Assembly (NCBI GenBank): GCA_965197585.1
Contig: OZ240215.1
Location: 672,001 to 736,000 of the forward strand
Source of the DNA: Dehalococcoidia bacterium
GTDB lineage: Bacteria; Chloroflexota; Dehalococcoidia; Plut-88900
Reading direction: 5' to 3'
DNA length: 64,000 bases
In this document: positions 27,786-38,327 of the stretch, piece after piece
Layout: every line of letters begins with the position of its first letter
Numbering within the stretch: the stretch's first letter is position 1
Position numbers and translations under genes: made by a program
Notes under the pieces: model-generated
Seen by the model: the letters and a program-made list of their open reading frames with translations, nothing else
Told to the model about the DNA's origin: nothing
The model's database searches: none

Positions 27786-30572
27786 TTGAATAGCGACGAG
27801 CTAAGGCGAACATTCCTGTCATTCTATGAATCGAAGGGACATCTGGTCATACCCAGCTCGTCTCTGATACCCATTGGGGACCCGACCCTGTTGTTGACCA
27901 GCGCAGGGGTGGTGCAGATCAAGCCGTTCTTCACGGGAGAGGCCAAGGCGCCCGCGCCTCGGATAGCCTCGTGCCAGAAGTGTTTTCGCACCACGGACAT
28001 CGACTCCGTGGGAGATGCAGACCATCTGACCTTCTTCGAGATGCTGGGCAATTTCAGTGTTGCGGACTACTTCAAGAAGGAGGCGATAGACTGGGCGTGG
28101 GAGCTAGTGACGGAGCGGCTTAAGCTGCCGCCGGAAAAACTCTGGGTAAGCGTTTTTCTGAGTGACGACGAGTCGTACGAATTGTGGCGGGCCTTAGGGG
28201 TGCCGGAAGAACGGCTGGTGCGGTACGACGAAAGCGAGAACTGGTGGGGGCCTCCGGGGGACTCGGGGCCGTGCGGGCCGTGCACCGAGATCTACTACGA
28301 TTTCGGGGAGGAGCTTTCGTGCGGCAAGCCTGACTGCGGCCCGGCCTGCGACTGCAACCGATTCACGGAGTTCTACAACCTGGTACTCACCGAGTATTAC
28401 CAGGATACGGGGGGCAATCGGACGCCCCTGCCGAGCGGGAACATAGACACGGGGATGGGGCTGGAACGCACGGCGGCGATTATGCAGGGCGTTACCAACG
28501 TCTACGATACCGACGGGTTCCAGGCCATCATGGGGAAGGTGTCGGGGGTGACCGGGCGCACGTATGGGTCGGACAAGGAAACGGATGCGGCGATGCGGGT
28601 GCTGGCGGAGCACGCCCGGGGCACAACGTTCCTGATCAGTGACGGCGTGGTGCCGGGTAACGAGGGCCGGGGGTACGTGCTGCGGAGGATACTGAGGCGG
28701 GCGGTGACGTTTGCGCGGAAGCTCGGGGTCCGGGAGCCGGTGCTGGTGACGATAGCCGAGACGGTTATCGCGAATATGGAAGAGGCTTACCCGGATTTGG
28801 GGAGGAACCGGGAGTTCGTGTTGAAGGTTATCGAGCAGGAAGAGGCTCGGTTCCACGATACGCTGGACGCGGGGTTAGAGATACTCGACGGCATGGTTGG
28901 GTATAGACACTATTTTGCTCCAGTTGTAGAAAAAATTCTGAATGGGGATACGGATGCGAATGCTCCCGATTCAATCGATAATTTGATGGAAGCCGATCAC
29001 CTTTTGGAAGTGATGCGTGAATCGGGCAGCAACATTGGTGATAAAGGCAATCACATTGAGATGCTCAGATGGTCAGAGAACCTGCTAGGGAAAGAAGTGT
29101 TTGGGCTATATGACACTTATGGGTTCCCGCCCGAGTTGACGGAGGAAGTAGCTGCGGGCCACGGGTTCGGGGTGGACATGGAGGGGTTCGAGCGGGAGAT
29201 GGAGGCGCAGAGGGCGAGGAGCAGGTCGGCGAAGGCGTTTGGGAAGGACAAGATGTCGGAGGCGTATGCGGCTGTGGGGCTGGGGGCGACCCGGTTCACG
29301 GGGTATGAGACGCTGGCCGGTGAGTCGGTGGTGGTGGGGCTGCTGAGGGAAGGGGTGTCGGTGCAGAGGGTTGGGGGAGGGGAGGAGTTGGAAGTGGTGA
29401 CGATGGAGACGCCGTTCTATGCGGAGGGCGGAGGACAAGTCGGGGACCGAGGTGAGATCACAGGATCGGTCGGCCGGTTTATTGTCGAGGACACGCAGGC
29501 TACGATGTTGGGGTTCTACGTGCATCGGGGGAGGGTTGTCGATGGGGAGATGGTTGTTGGGGACCCGGTGACGATGGAGGTGGACATAAGGCATCGGAGG
29601 GAGTCGGCGAGGAACCACACGGCGACACACTTGCTGCACGCGGCGCTGAGGCAAGTGCTAGGGCAGCACGTCAGGCAGGCGGGGTCGCTGGTTGCGCCGG
29701 ACAGGCTGAGGTTCGACTTCACGCATCCGGTCGGGCTAGGAAGAGCCGACCTGCACGACATCCGAAACCTGGTGAATGAAAAGATCAGCTCTGATCTTGA
29801 GATTACCAAGGATGAGGCCCCGTATGCGGAGGCGATATCGAGGGGGGCGCTGGCGTTCTTCGGGGACAAGTATCCGGACGTGGTCAGGCTGGTGTCGATG
29901 GGGGATGGGGATGACAGATTCAGCTTCGAGGTTTGCGGCGGAACGCACGTGGCCCGGACGGGAGAGGTGTGGAATTTCCAGGTAACGGATGAGGGGAGCA
30001 TAGGATCGGGGCTGAGGAGGATCGAAGCGGTGACTGGGGGCTCGGTGCAGGACCTGCTGGTGCGGCGGTACGACCTGGTCGAAGAGCTATCGGCGCAACT
30101 GAAATCGCCGGCGGAAGAGATCGCCGACAAGGTAGCGGCCTTAGTGGAAGAGCGAGACTCGGAGCGCAGGCGGGCTGACCGGCTGGAGAGGGATGCAGCG
30201 CGTCGGGAGGCAGAGGGGCTGCTGGGCCGGGTGCAGGACGTGGATGGAGCAAAGGTGGTTGCGGCTCGGGTGGACGCGCCGAATGTTGAGACGATGCGAG
30301 AGATGGGCGACTTTCTGAAGGCTAAGCTAGGGAGCGTGTTCGTGGTGCTGGCGTCGGTGATCAACGACAGGCCGATGTTCGTCGCAATGGCGACGCCTGA
30401 CCTAGTGGCCAAGGGAGTACACGCCGGGAATATCGTGAAGCAAGTGGCGAAGGTAGCGGGAGGGGGTGGGGGTGGGAGTCCAGAGATGGCGCAGGCGGGT
30501 GGCAAGGACAAGAGCAAGGTGTCGGCAGCGTTGGAGGAAGTGGCAAGGTTGGTGAGAGAGGGTGGGAGCTAG
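27786..30572 (+). CDS. alaS: Alanine--tRNA ligase
   Basis: DPTLLLTSAG, TFFEMLGNFS, DTGMGLER, LYDTYGFP, NHTATHLLH, CGGTHV, GGGGG DHHA1 domain. Confidence 0.98.
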   Translation: MNSDELRRTFLSFYESKGHLVIPSSSLIPIGDPTLLLTSAGVVQIKPFFTGEAKAPAPRIASCQKCFRTTDIDSVGDADHLTFFEMLGNFSVADYFKKEAIDWAWELVTERLKLPPEKLWVSVFLSDDESYELWRALGVPEERLVRYDESENWWGPPGDSGPCGPCTEIYYDFGEELSCGKPDCGPACDCNRFTEFYNLVLTEYYQDTGGNRTPLPSGNIDTGMGLERTAAIMQGVTNVYDTDGFQAIMGKVSGVTGRTYGSDKETDAAMRVLAEHARGTTFLISDGVVPGNEGRGYVLRRILRRAVTFARKLGVREPVLVTIAETVIANMEEAYPDLGRNREFVLKVIEQEEARFHDTLDAGLEILDGMVGYRHYFAPVVEKILNGDTDANAPDSIDNLMEADHLLEVMRESGSNIGDKGNHIEMLRWSENLLGKEVFGLYDTYGFPPELTEEVAAGHGFGVDMEGFEREMEAQRARSRSAKAFGKDKMSEAYAAVGLGATRFTGYETLAGESVVVGLLREGVSVQRVGGGEELEVVTMETPFYAEGGGQVGDRGEITGSVGRFIVEDTQATMLGFYVHRGRVVDGEMVVGDPVTMEVDIRHRRESARNHTATHLLHAALRQVLGQHVRQAGSLVAPDRLRFDFTHPVGLGRADLHDIRNLVNEKISSDLEITKDEAPYAEAISRGALAFFGDKYPDVVRLVSMGDGDDRFSFEVCGGTHVARTGEVWNFQVTDEGSIGSGLRRIEAVTGGSVQDLLVRRYDLVEELSAQLKSPAEEIADKVAALVEERDSERRRADRLERDAARREAEGLLGRVQDVDGAKVVAARVDAPNVETMREMGDFLKAKLGSVFVVLASVINDRPMFVAMATPDLVAKGVHAGNIVKQVAKVAGGGGGGSPEMAQAGGKDKSKVSAALEEVARLVREGGS

Positions 30573-30574
30573 GG

Positions 30575-31018
30575 GTGCGGTTGCTTGGTCTGGACGTGGG
30601 AGATATCAGGATTGGTGTGGCGGTGAGCGATCCGACCGGCACTGTGGTAGAGCCGCTCACCACAATAAGAGCCGGGACCCGGGCCGCGGCGATAGAGAAG
30701 ATAGCGGAGTTGGTGGAACTGGAATGCGTTGGGGAGGTGGTCGTGGGTACGCCGGTTTCGTTGGATGGGGAGGTCGGGCCGCAGGCGCGGAAGATACGAG
30801 CGTTTACGGACCTGCTGGCTAAGCGGATATCGAAGCCGGTGCGGATGTGGGATGAAAGCTATTCGTCAGTTGCGGCGGACAGGATCATGGGGGAGTCGGG
30901 GGTGGGGAGGAGGAAGAAGAAGGGGAAGCGGGACTCGGTGGCGGCGGCGGTAATTCTGCGGGAGTATCTTCAGGGGACTCGGAGCATGGGTGCCCCCCAG
31001 CCGGTTGATAGCTTATGA
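30575..31018 (+). CDS. ruvX: Holliday junction resolvase-like YqgF/RuvX
   Basis: LGLDVGDIRIGVAVSD, WDE..S, D..AAAVIL; typical position after alaS. Confidence 0.93.
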   Translation: MRLLGLDVGDIRIGVAVSDPTGTVVEPLTTIRAGTRAAAIEKIAELVELECVGEVVVGTPVSLDGEVGPQARKIRAFTDLLAKRISKPVRMWDESYSSVAADRIMGESGVGRRKKKGKRDSVAAAVILREYLQGTRSMGAPQPVDSL

Positions 31019-31857
31019 GCAAGTCCCTCGGGATCATCGGGTATCCACTTGGGCATTCGATTTCTCCCGTGTTCCAGCAGGCGGCGTTGGACGCCCTAGG
31101 AATCGATGCTCGATACGAGGGCTGGGAGACTGCGCCCGAGGATTTGGCGAAACGGCTGGAAAGCTTCCGCTCAGACGGGGTGCTCGGGTCGAGTGTGACC
31201 ATCCCTCACAAAGAGTCGGTGATGCCGCTGCTGGACGAGGTGAGCGATACGGCGAGGAAGATAGGCAGCGTAAACACCATAGTTTCGCGAGGGGGCAGGC
31301 TGACGGGGCACAACACTGATGCGCCGGGCTTTCTGCGAGGGTTGAGGGAGAACGGCGGGTTCGAGCCACGGGGGAAAGACGTGGTGGTGGTGGGGACGGG
31401 AGGTGCGGGCAGGGCGGTGGCCTTTGGGTTGGCGGGGGAGAGCGGTGCATCGATGATGCTGGTGAATCGGACGGTTGCGCGGGCGGAGAGGTTGGGGGAA
31501 GAGGTTTCGGCGGCATATCCGGATGTGAAAGTGTCGGTGATGGGGGAGATACCGGAGGGATACAAATACGACTTGCTGGTCAACTGCACGTCGGTGGGGA
31601 TGCGGCACACGGCGGTGGAGGATGCATCGCCGGTGAGCCGAGACCGGATCGTGCCCGGAGCCCTGGTATACGACCTGATATATAATCCTGAAGAGACCGT
31701 GCTGCTGAAGCAGGCCAAGGAGGCCGGGGCGCAGACATTGGGCGGGCTGCCGATGCTGGTATTTCAAGGGGCGGAGGCGTTCGAGCTGTGGCTCAGGCGT
31801 TGGGCCCCGGTGGACGTGATGTTCCGAGCGGCGCGAGAAGCGATGGCAAATAGATGA
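31015..31857 (+). CDS. aroE: Shikimate dehydrogenase
   Basis: HSISP, VTIPHK, NTD, GTGGAG, NRT, DLIYNP. Confidence 0.96.
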   Translation: MSKSLGIIGYPLGHSISPVFQQAALDALGIDARYEGWETAPEDLAKRLESFRSDGVLGSSVTIPHKESVMPLLDEVSDTARKIGSVNTIVSRGGRLTGHNTDAPGFLRGLRENGGFEPRGKDVVVVGTGGAGRAVAFGLAGESGASMMLVNRTVARAERLGEEVSAAYPDVKVSVMGEIPEGYKYDLLVNCTSVGMRHTAVEDASPVSRDRIVPGALVYDLIYNPEETVLLKQAKEAGAQTLGGLPMLVFQGAEAFELWLRRWAPVDVMFRAAREAMANR

Positions 31858-33044
31858 GTAAAATAAGGTTTCTGACCAGCGGAGAGTCCCACGGGCAGGG
31901 ACTCTCGATCATTATCGAGGGTATACCTGCCGGGCTTCGACTGAGTGAGGACTACATCCAGAAGGACCTGGCGCGCCGGCAGAAGGGTTACGGGCGCGGG
32001 GCTCGGATGAAGATAGAGAAGGACCGGGCGTTGATCAAGTCGGGTGTGAGGCACGGGGTGACGCTGGGCAGCCCGATAGGGTTGTGGATACAGAACAGGG
32101 ACTGGGAGAATTGGCAGGAAGTGATGGCTGTCGAGGCAGTAAATGGGCAGGTGAAGAAGGTGACACGGCTGAGGCCGGGCCATGCCGACATGCCGGGCAT
32201 CCTGAAGTACAAACAGGACGACGTACGAAACATCCTGGAGAGGGCCAGCGCCCGGGAGACGGCGGCTCGGGTGGCGGTGGGTGCAGTATGCAGGGCTTTA
32301 CTGAGCGAACTTTCGATTGAGATACATAGCAACACGCTGTCTATAGCCGGTCATGGTGTAAAGAACCCGATGCCGGAGGACTGGGGAGTGGTGGAGGAGT
32401 CGGTGGTGCGGTGCCATGAGCCGAATGTTGAACAGAGGATGATAGGGGCGATAGACGCTGCAAAGGAGTCGGGGGACACGGTGGGCGGGGTGTTCCAGGT
32501 GGTGGTGTCGGGGGCGCCGATAGGACTAGGGAGCCACGTGCACTGGGATAGAAAGCTGGATGCCAACCTGGCACAGGCCATGATGAGCATCAATGCGGTG
32601 AAGGGCGTCGAGATTGGGCCGGGGTTCGAGCAGGCGCAGATGGTGGGGTCGCTGGTGCACGATGTCATAGAACCTTTCGACGGGACACGGGAGCGGAAGT
32701 GGAAGCGGATGTCGAATCGGGCGGGGGGTATCGAGGGGGGGATGAGCAATGGTGAGGACATCGTGGTACGGGTGGCCATCAAGCCGATATCTACACTGGC
32801 AAAGCCGCTTCCCTCGGTAGACCTGGCAACGGGTGAGAAGATACAGGCCCATTATGAGCGGAGTGACGTTTGTCAGACCCCGCCCGGTGGCATAGTAGGC
32901 GAGGCGATGATGGCCATAGTGCTGGCGGACGCGGTAATGGAAAAGTTCGGTGGCGATCATGTCGAGGAGACGGTGCGGAACTGCAGGTCTTATTTGGAAA
33001 CCGTGGAAGCGCCGGTCGAAGCGAGAGCGCCTGCGGAGTCGTAG
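31854..33044 (+). CDS. aroC: Chorismate synthase
   Basis: TSGESHG, RPGHAD, ERASARETA, GGIEGGMSNG, ERSD. Confidence 0.97.
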   Translation: MSKIRFLTSGESHGQGLSIIIEGIPAGLRLSEDYIQKDLARRQKGYGRGARMKIEKDRALIKSGVRHGVTLGSPIGLWIQNRDWENWQEVMAVEAVNGQVKKVTRLRPGHADMPGILKYKQDDVRNILERASARETAARVAVGAVCRALLSELSIEIHSNTLSIAGHGVKNPMPEDWGVVEESVVRCHEPNVEQRMIGAIDAAKESGDTVGGVFQVVVSGAPIGLGSHVHWDRKLDANLAQAMMSINAVKGVEIGPGFEQAQMVGSLVHDVIEPFDGTRERKWKRMSNRAGGIEGGMSNGEDIVVRVAIKPISTLAKPLPSVDLATGEKIQAHYERSDVCQTPPGGIVGEAMMAIVLADAVMEKFGGDHVEETVRNCRSYLETVEAPVEARAPAES

Positions 33045-33110
33045 AGCCGAGTCAAAGCAAGACACGGCAAACGCAAGTATTTTCATTGAATCTTTTGATT
33101 GCGGACGCGC

Positions 33111-34859
33111 ATGAATAATCGAGGTCAAATTAAGATCGGGGACTGGAACGTATACCTGATCGGGTTTTCAGGGAGCGGGAAGTCGGCTATCGGGCGCCGG
33201 TTGGCGAGGCGGATGCGTCGGAAGCACGTGGACATGGACGACGAGATTGTCGCGAGGTCAGGGACGCCGATACCGGAGATATTCCGTCGGGAGGGGGAGC
33301 CGGGCTTCAGGTCTAGGGAGAAGGAGTTGCTGGAGGAGCTCAGCGGACGGAAGAGGCTGATAGTGTCGACGGGGGGTGGAGTGCCCCTGGCCCCGGGTAA
33401 CCGAGCGGCGATGGCAAAGAGTGGCGTGATCGTGTGCCTGGAAGCCAAGCCGGACTTCCTCTACGGGAGGCTTAAGAGGCACCTGGGGGACGAATCGAAA
33501 GGGCAGGTGCGCCCGCTGCTGGAGGGGGACGAACCGAAGAAGAGGATCGAGGCGCTGAAGGAGTACCGGCAGCGCTTCTACGCAACCGCTGACTGGACCG
33601 TACACACTGACGACCTGACGACTGATGAAGTGGTGAGGGAAGTGATCAGAGGAGTCCGATTCGCGCAGCGCAGGTTCGGGCGGCGGAAAGATGCGGGCTC
33701 GGTGTTTCCGCCGGAGGGATCACTAGGACGGGAGTCGGAGGCACCGTACTGCCGGGACATGGGAGCTTCCTTCGTTGTAGAGACGCCTGGGGGAAGATAC
33801 CCGGTGTTCGTCGGGTGGGGAACACTTTCGGAGCTGGGCCAGCGGATGAGAAACCTGGGGCTTTCAGGGAAGGCGGCTTTGATATCCGACGCCGCAGTTT
33901 ATGAGATTCACGGTGTGAAGGCGCTGGAGTCTCTGAGGTCGGCGGGATTTGAGGCGGCCAGCTATGCCGTGCCTGCCGGGGAACGGAGCAAGTCTGAGGA
34001 CGCGCTCACCAGGATATACGACTGGATGGTGGAGCAGAGGTTGGAGCGGGGAAGCACTGTGGTGGCGCTGGGGGGTGGGGTGGCGGGTGACCTGGCCGGG
34101 TACGCCGCAGCGACGTTCCTGCGAGGTGTGCCTTTAGTGCACGCACCGACTAGCCTATTAGCCATGACGGACTCGGCGATAGGTGGGAAGGTTGCGATAA
34201 ACCATCCGCGGGCGAAAAACCTGATCGGGGCGTTCTACCAGCCGCGCATGGTGCTATCGGACGTGGAGACTTTGACAACGCTGCCGGCTCGGGAGCTGGC
34301 GTCGGGGTGGGCGGAGACGATAAAGCACGGGATGATCATGGACCCGGAATTGCTGGACGCGCTTGAAAAGGACTTGGAGAAGGTGTTGGCCCTGGACCCT
34401 GAGATGACGACGGATATAGTGAAGCGGAGCTCGGGGCTGAAGGGCAAGGTGGTGAGCGGCGATGAGAAAGAAGCCGGGTGGAGGATGATACTCAACTTCG
34501 GGCACACGATAGGGCACGCCCTGGAAGCGGCGACAGAATACGGTACTTTGCTGCACGGAGAGGCGGTGTCCATCGGGGCAGTGGGGGCGGCGAGGCTGAG
34601 CAGGGAGCATGCGGGGTTGGGGGATGAAGTGGTGGATCGGCTCTTGGGCTTGCTGAACAGGTTCGGGCTGCCAACGTCGATGCCCGACTTGGACGCAGAC
34701 AGGCTGATAGAGGCGATGTTCCTGGACAAGAAGGTGCGGGGCAAGGCGATCCGCTGGGTTCTGCTGGAGGATATCGGGAAGCCGGTGATCAGAGACGACA
34801 TTCCGATGGAGTCGGTGAGGGAGGTGTTGGCAGGGCTCGCGGAAGGGGAGAAAACATAG
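33111..34859 (+). CDS. aroB: Bifunctional shikimate kinase / 3-dehydroquinate synthase
   Basis: GFSGSGKS, GEPGFR, STGGG, RPLL followed by GGGVAGD, PTSLLAMTD, LNFGHTIGHALE, HGEAV. Confidence 0.95.
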   Translation: MNNRGQIKIGDWNVYLIGFSGSGKSAIGRRLARRMRRKHVDMDDEIVARSGTPIPEIFRREGEPGFRSREKELLEELSGRKRLIVSTGGGVPLAPGNRAAMAKSGVIVCLEAKPDFLYGRLKRHLGDESKGQVRPLLEGDEPKKRIEALKEYRQRFYATADWTVHTDDLTTDEVVREVIRGVRFAQRRFGRRKDAGSVFPPEGSLGRESEAPYCRDMGASFVVETPGGRYPVFVGWGTLSELGQRMRNLGLSGKAALISDAAVYEIHGVKALESLRSAGFEAASYAVPAGERSKSEDALTRIYDWMVEQRLERGSTVVALGGGVAGDLAGYAAATFLRGVPLVHAPTSLLAMTDSAIGGKVAINHPRAKNLIGAFYQPRMVLSDVETLTTLPARELASGWAETIKHGMIMDPELLDALEKDLEKVLALDPEMTTDIVKRSSGLKGKVVSGDEKEAGWRMILNFGHTIGHALEAATEYGTLLHGEAVSIGAVGAARLSREHAGLGDEVVDRLLGLLNRFGLPTSMPDLDADRLIEAMFLDKKVRGKAIRWVLLEDIGKPVIRDDIPMESVREVLAGLAEGEKT

Positions 34860-34872
34860 GAGGCCAGACCGA

Positions 34873-36606
34873 ATGTCATTGAGCAGCAGGCTTAGAGTCA
34901 GCAAGGACGAAGTTGTCGCCGAGAACGGTGTGGTCACGGCGAACCACCCGCTATCGTCGGAAGCGGGGCTGGAGATGTTGAAGAGGGGCGGCAACGCCGT
35001 CGATGCGGCGGTGGCGACGGGTTTCACGGCGTGCGTGGTGGAACCGATGATGACGACCATCGGCGGGTGCGGGTTCATGCTGGTGCATCTGGCCCAAGAG
35101 GGGAAGTCGGTGGTCATAGAGTTCAGCCCTCGGGCGCCGGGAGCGGCGGGGCCGGAGATGTACACGGTGGAGGACTCGGCAATCCTAGACATAGGACTGC
35201 AGAGCGTTGCCAACTCGGAGAACATAATCGGTCCGAAGTCGGCCAGCGTACCGGGTACCGTGGCGGGATTCTGCATGGCCCACAGCAAATACGGGTCGCT
35301 GCCGCTAGAGCAGGTAATGGAGCCAGCCATCCACCACGCGGAGCAGGGATTCGAGGTGGACTGGTACACGGCTATGTCGATAGCCGATGAGATGGAGCGG
35401 CTAGTCAGATATCCGGGGATATCGGGGCTTCTTTTGAATGGAGGATTTCCTCCTACTGTGGGATCAAGGCTGGTGCAGAAGGACCTGGCTCAAACTCTTA
35501 GGGCCGTCGCGAAGTCCGGGGCAGAAGCGTTCTACAATGGTGACATTGCGGACGCCATCGCCAGCGATGTGCAATCGAGCGGGGGAATCCTGTCCAGAGA
35601 GGACCTGGAGAACTACCGGGCGGAGGAAGTCGAGCCGGTATCGATAACTTATCGGGGGCACACGGTGCTCGCGGCGAGAGCGGTGAACGGTGGGACGACG
35701 GCACTGGAGACGTTATCGGTACTGAACAACCTAGACCTCGGGGCACGGGGGCACAATAGCGCGGAGGCGCTGCACCTGTTCATAGAGGCGACTCGGCACG
35801 CGTTTGCGGACAGGTACCGGTTCCTGGGCGATCCCGATTTCGTGTCCGTTCCAGTAAGGGGCCTGCTGTCCGCGGGATACGGGGCGGCGCTGGCAGCCGA
35901 GATGGACCGTGCGAACGCTCGGTTGGAACCCGATGGGAATACTCCGCCGTGGCTGGCCTACGCTGATACGGCGATCCACGACCCGTGGGCCTTCGACCCG
36001 GGAGAGAAGGGTGAGAAGTACGGGATGTCGGGGTCTTCGCCCAAGTCGAGCACGACGCATTTGAGCGTAGTCGACAAAGACCGGAACATGGTGTCGTGCA
36101 CGCATACGGTTGTGAACTCTTTCGGATCGATGATGGCGTGTCGGGGCACGGGGGTAGTATTGGCTGACGGGATGCTGTGGTTTAACCCGAGCCCCGGCCG
36201 GGCGAACTCGATATCAGGGTGGAAGAGGCCGCTGGTAAACATGTCGCCGGTGCTGGTGCTGAAGGACGGGCGACCCGTTATGACAGTCGGGGCCCCGGGC
36301 GGCAGGAAGATCATCAACGCGGTGACGCAGGTTGTGATGAACGTAGTGGACTTCGGGATGGGGATGCAGGACGCGATTGCCGCGCCGAGGGTGGACGCGA
36401 GCGGATTGGACACTTTGTATAGCCAGGCCCTGGACCCCGAGACGGTAGCTGGGCTTAGAGCCCGAGGACATCGGATGGCGGTGGGGCCGGAAGACTACGC
36501 CAATCACAGCTTCGCCCGGCCCGTGGGCGTGCTGATTGACGAGGAGTCGGGGAGGCTGCGGGGAGGGGTGGACATGCTGCGTCGGGCGGAGGCTCGGGGG
36601 TACTGA
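34873..36606 (+). CDS. ggt: Gamma-glutamyltransferase family Ntn-hydrolase
   Basis: GGNAVDAAVA, VPGTVAG, catalytic TTHLSVVD, GAPGG. Confidence 0.9.
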   Translation: MSLSSRLRVSKDEVVAENGVVTANHPLSSEAGLEMLKRGGNAVDAAVATGFTACVVEPMMTTIGGCGFMLVHLAQEGKSVVIEFSPRAPGAAGPEMYTVEDSAILDIGLQSVANSENIIGPKSASVPGTVAGFCMAHSKYGSLPLEQVMEPAIHHAEQGFEVDWYTAMSIADEMERLVRYPGISGLLLNGGFPPTVGSRLVQKDLAQTLRAVAKSGAEAFYNGDIADAIASDVQSSGGILSREDLENYRAEEVEPVSITYRGHTVLAARAVNGGTTALETLSVLNNLDLGARGHNSAEALHLFIEATRHAFADRYRFLGDPDFVSVPVRGLLSAGYGAALAAEMDRANARLEPDGNTPPWLAYADTAIHDPWAFDPGEKGEKYGMSGSSPKSSTTHLSVVDKDRNMVSCTHTVVNSFGSMMACRGTGVVLADGMLWFNPSPGRANSISGWKRPLVNMSPVLVLKDGRPVMTVGAPGGRKIINAVTQVVMNVVDFGMGMQDAIAAPRVDASGLDTLYSQALDPETVAGLRARGHRMAVGPEDYANHSFARPVGVLIDEESGRLRGGVDMLRRAEARGY

Positions 36607-36698
36607 GCCGGGGGTTGGGGTTGGGGTATAATCACTCGCGCCGCACGAAAATTACGCATTGACCATTTGACAGGTAGTTCAGCAGACCCGGAGGAGAT

Positions 36699-37892
36699 AT
36701 GCGCTTCGACAGCAACATCTATTACCACGAAGTAGAGCAGTACCCGGCGGACAAGCTGATGCAGGAGTGGAAGGAGACCGCACTGCTTTACGACCAGACG
36801 GATTTCACAGGAGTCTGGGTGGGGGAACACCACTTCTGGTACAGCGGGTGGCCGGTAGCGGCGCCGAACCCCGTGCAGGTATGCACTTTCTTCGCGGGGC
36901 TGACGGAGAGGATTCGGGTCGGGCAGACGGCTTGCATTCTGCCCGACTGGAACCCGATCAGGCTGGCGGAAGAGCTGGCGATGCTGGACAACATGACGAA
37001 GGGTCGGCTGGACGTGGGGATAGCCCGGGGGACGGACAGCACGGCTAGCATCCAGTTCAACGTGAATGCCAACAGGCGGGACAGGGAGACGAACTACGCG
37101 CTGTTCAGCGAGACGCTGGACATTCTCCTAAAGGCGTGGGGAGACGGCTCCTTCAGTCACGAGGGCCGGTTCTACACGTACCCGGTCCCGGGATGGAAGG
37201 AAAAGGACCCGGAGATATATTCCGGCGACACGAGTCACTTTGGCCCGGATGGGGAGCTGATAGGGTTGCACGTAATGCCGAAGCCTTATCAAAAGCCTCG
37301 CCCGCCGATATACCAGGCTGCGGACAGCACAAGCTCGTACACATTTGCCGGGACTCGGGGGATATGCACGACTACCGTGGGCCGGACCTTCGACGGAGTC
37401 AGGGAGGCGTGGAACGCGTATCAGGCGGCGGCGTCCAAGGCGTTCGGGCGGGATATTCCCTTTGCGAGGACGCCGGATGGCAAGAGCCTGAATGTCATGA
37501 GGCTGACGCATGTGGCTGAGACTCAGGAGCAGGCAGAGAGGGAAGCAAGGGCAGGGGTGAATGCGTTCTTCAGGGCTGCAGTGGGGATAAACGACAGATG
37601 GGGGAGGACGGGCTCGGCGGCAGTGGACGAAGAGCTAACGAACGACGAGTTGAACATGGACTGGTTCGACTTCGCGCAGGAGAAGGAAATTACGTGGATC
37701 GGGTCGCCGGACTACGTGGCGGAGAAGATCGCCAAGTTGCAGGAGGAGTTGGACTGCCAGCACGTGACGCTCTGGCCGAACCCGGGCTTTGTGCCATTCG
37801 AGACCGTGTACCACAGCCTGGAGCTATTTAATGACAAGGTCATACCGCGGTTCCAGCGGGAGTCGGCTAGGGCGCCGATAGCGGCTTCTTAG
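36699..37892 (+). CDS. LLM-class flavin-dependent oxidoreductase
   Basis: WVGEHHF, NPIRLAEELAMLD, PKPYQKPRPP. Confidence 0.93.
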   Translation: MRFDSNIYYHEVEQYPADKLMQEWKETALLYDQTDFTGVWVGEHHFWYSGWPVAAPNPVQVCTFFAGLTERIRVGQTACILPDWNPIRLAEELAMLDNMTKGRLDVGIARGTDSTASIQFNVNANRRDRETNYALFSETLDILLKAWGDGSFSHEGRFYTYPVPGWKEKDPEIYSGDTSHFGPDGELIGLHVMPKPYQKPRPPIYQAADSTSSYTFAGTRGICTTTVGRTFDGVREAWNAYQAAASKAFGRDIPFARTPDGKSLNVMRLTHVAETQEQAEREARAGVNAFFRAAVGINDRWGRTGSAAVDEELTNDELNMDWFDFAQEKEITWIGSPDYVAEKIAKLQEELDCQHVTLWPNPGFVPFETVYHSLELFNDKVIPRFQRESARAPIAAS

Positions 37893-37932
37893 AGTGCAAG
37901 TCTCGGATTTCCAACCGACCAGGTGAAATATC

Positions 37933-37971
37933 AAGGCCGGATGCTCATTGAGCATCCGGCCTTTGCATTTC
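37933..37971 (+). terminator. Rho-independent terminator
   Basis: AAGGCCGGATGCTCA-T-TGAGCATCCGGCCTT perfect hairpin followed by a T-rich tail. Confidence 0.8.
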
Positions 37972-38068
37972 TAATATGAACGGACCATTGCGAGCTTTGC
38001 CGATTGCTCACCATCGGATCACCCTCGCTAGCCTCGGCGAGTCTTAGCCCCTAGCCCTCCACCATCAA

Positions 38069-38194
38069 GGTACCTTTTTGTGACTTCAGATTGCATCTTT
38101 AGTGCTATCCAGATCACCTAACCCCCCGCTCATACTTCGAGAGCCTCAGCACGAGCGGCCCCCGCCCCTCCAACACTGGTTATGCAAATGTCTC
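38069..38194. mobile_element. ~126-bp MITE-like element, copy 1
   Basis: Right end TATGCAAATGTCTC, internal CCGCTCATACTTCGAGAGCCTCAGCACGAGCGG; homologous to 52508 and 57251. Confidence 0.6.
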
Positions 38195-38327
38195 GACCAG
38201 TAGGGGATGTAGGACGCCCGCCAAGCTCTCCGGTAGGGTTAGGCAAAGGCCTCACCCAGGAAGAACTGAGAGGGATGGATTCCTGCCCCCGCAGAGGAAT
38301 GACGGAATGGGGTCGGAGGCCGGGGGT

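Noticed and set aside
28900-29082. Intein or intron in alaS
   Set aside because: Too short, no C/S...HN-C/S/T splice motifs, and the frame is open
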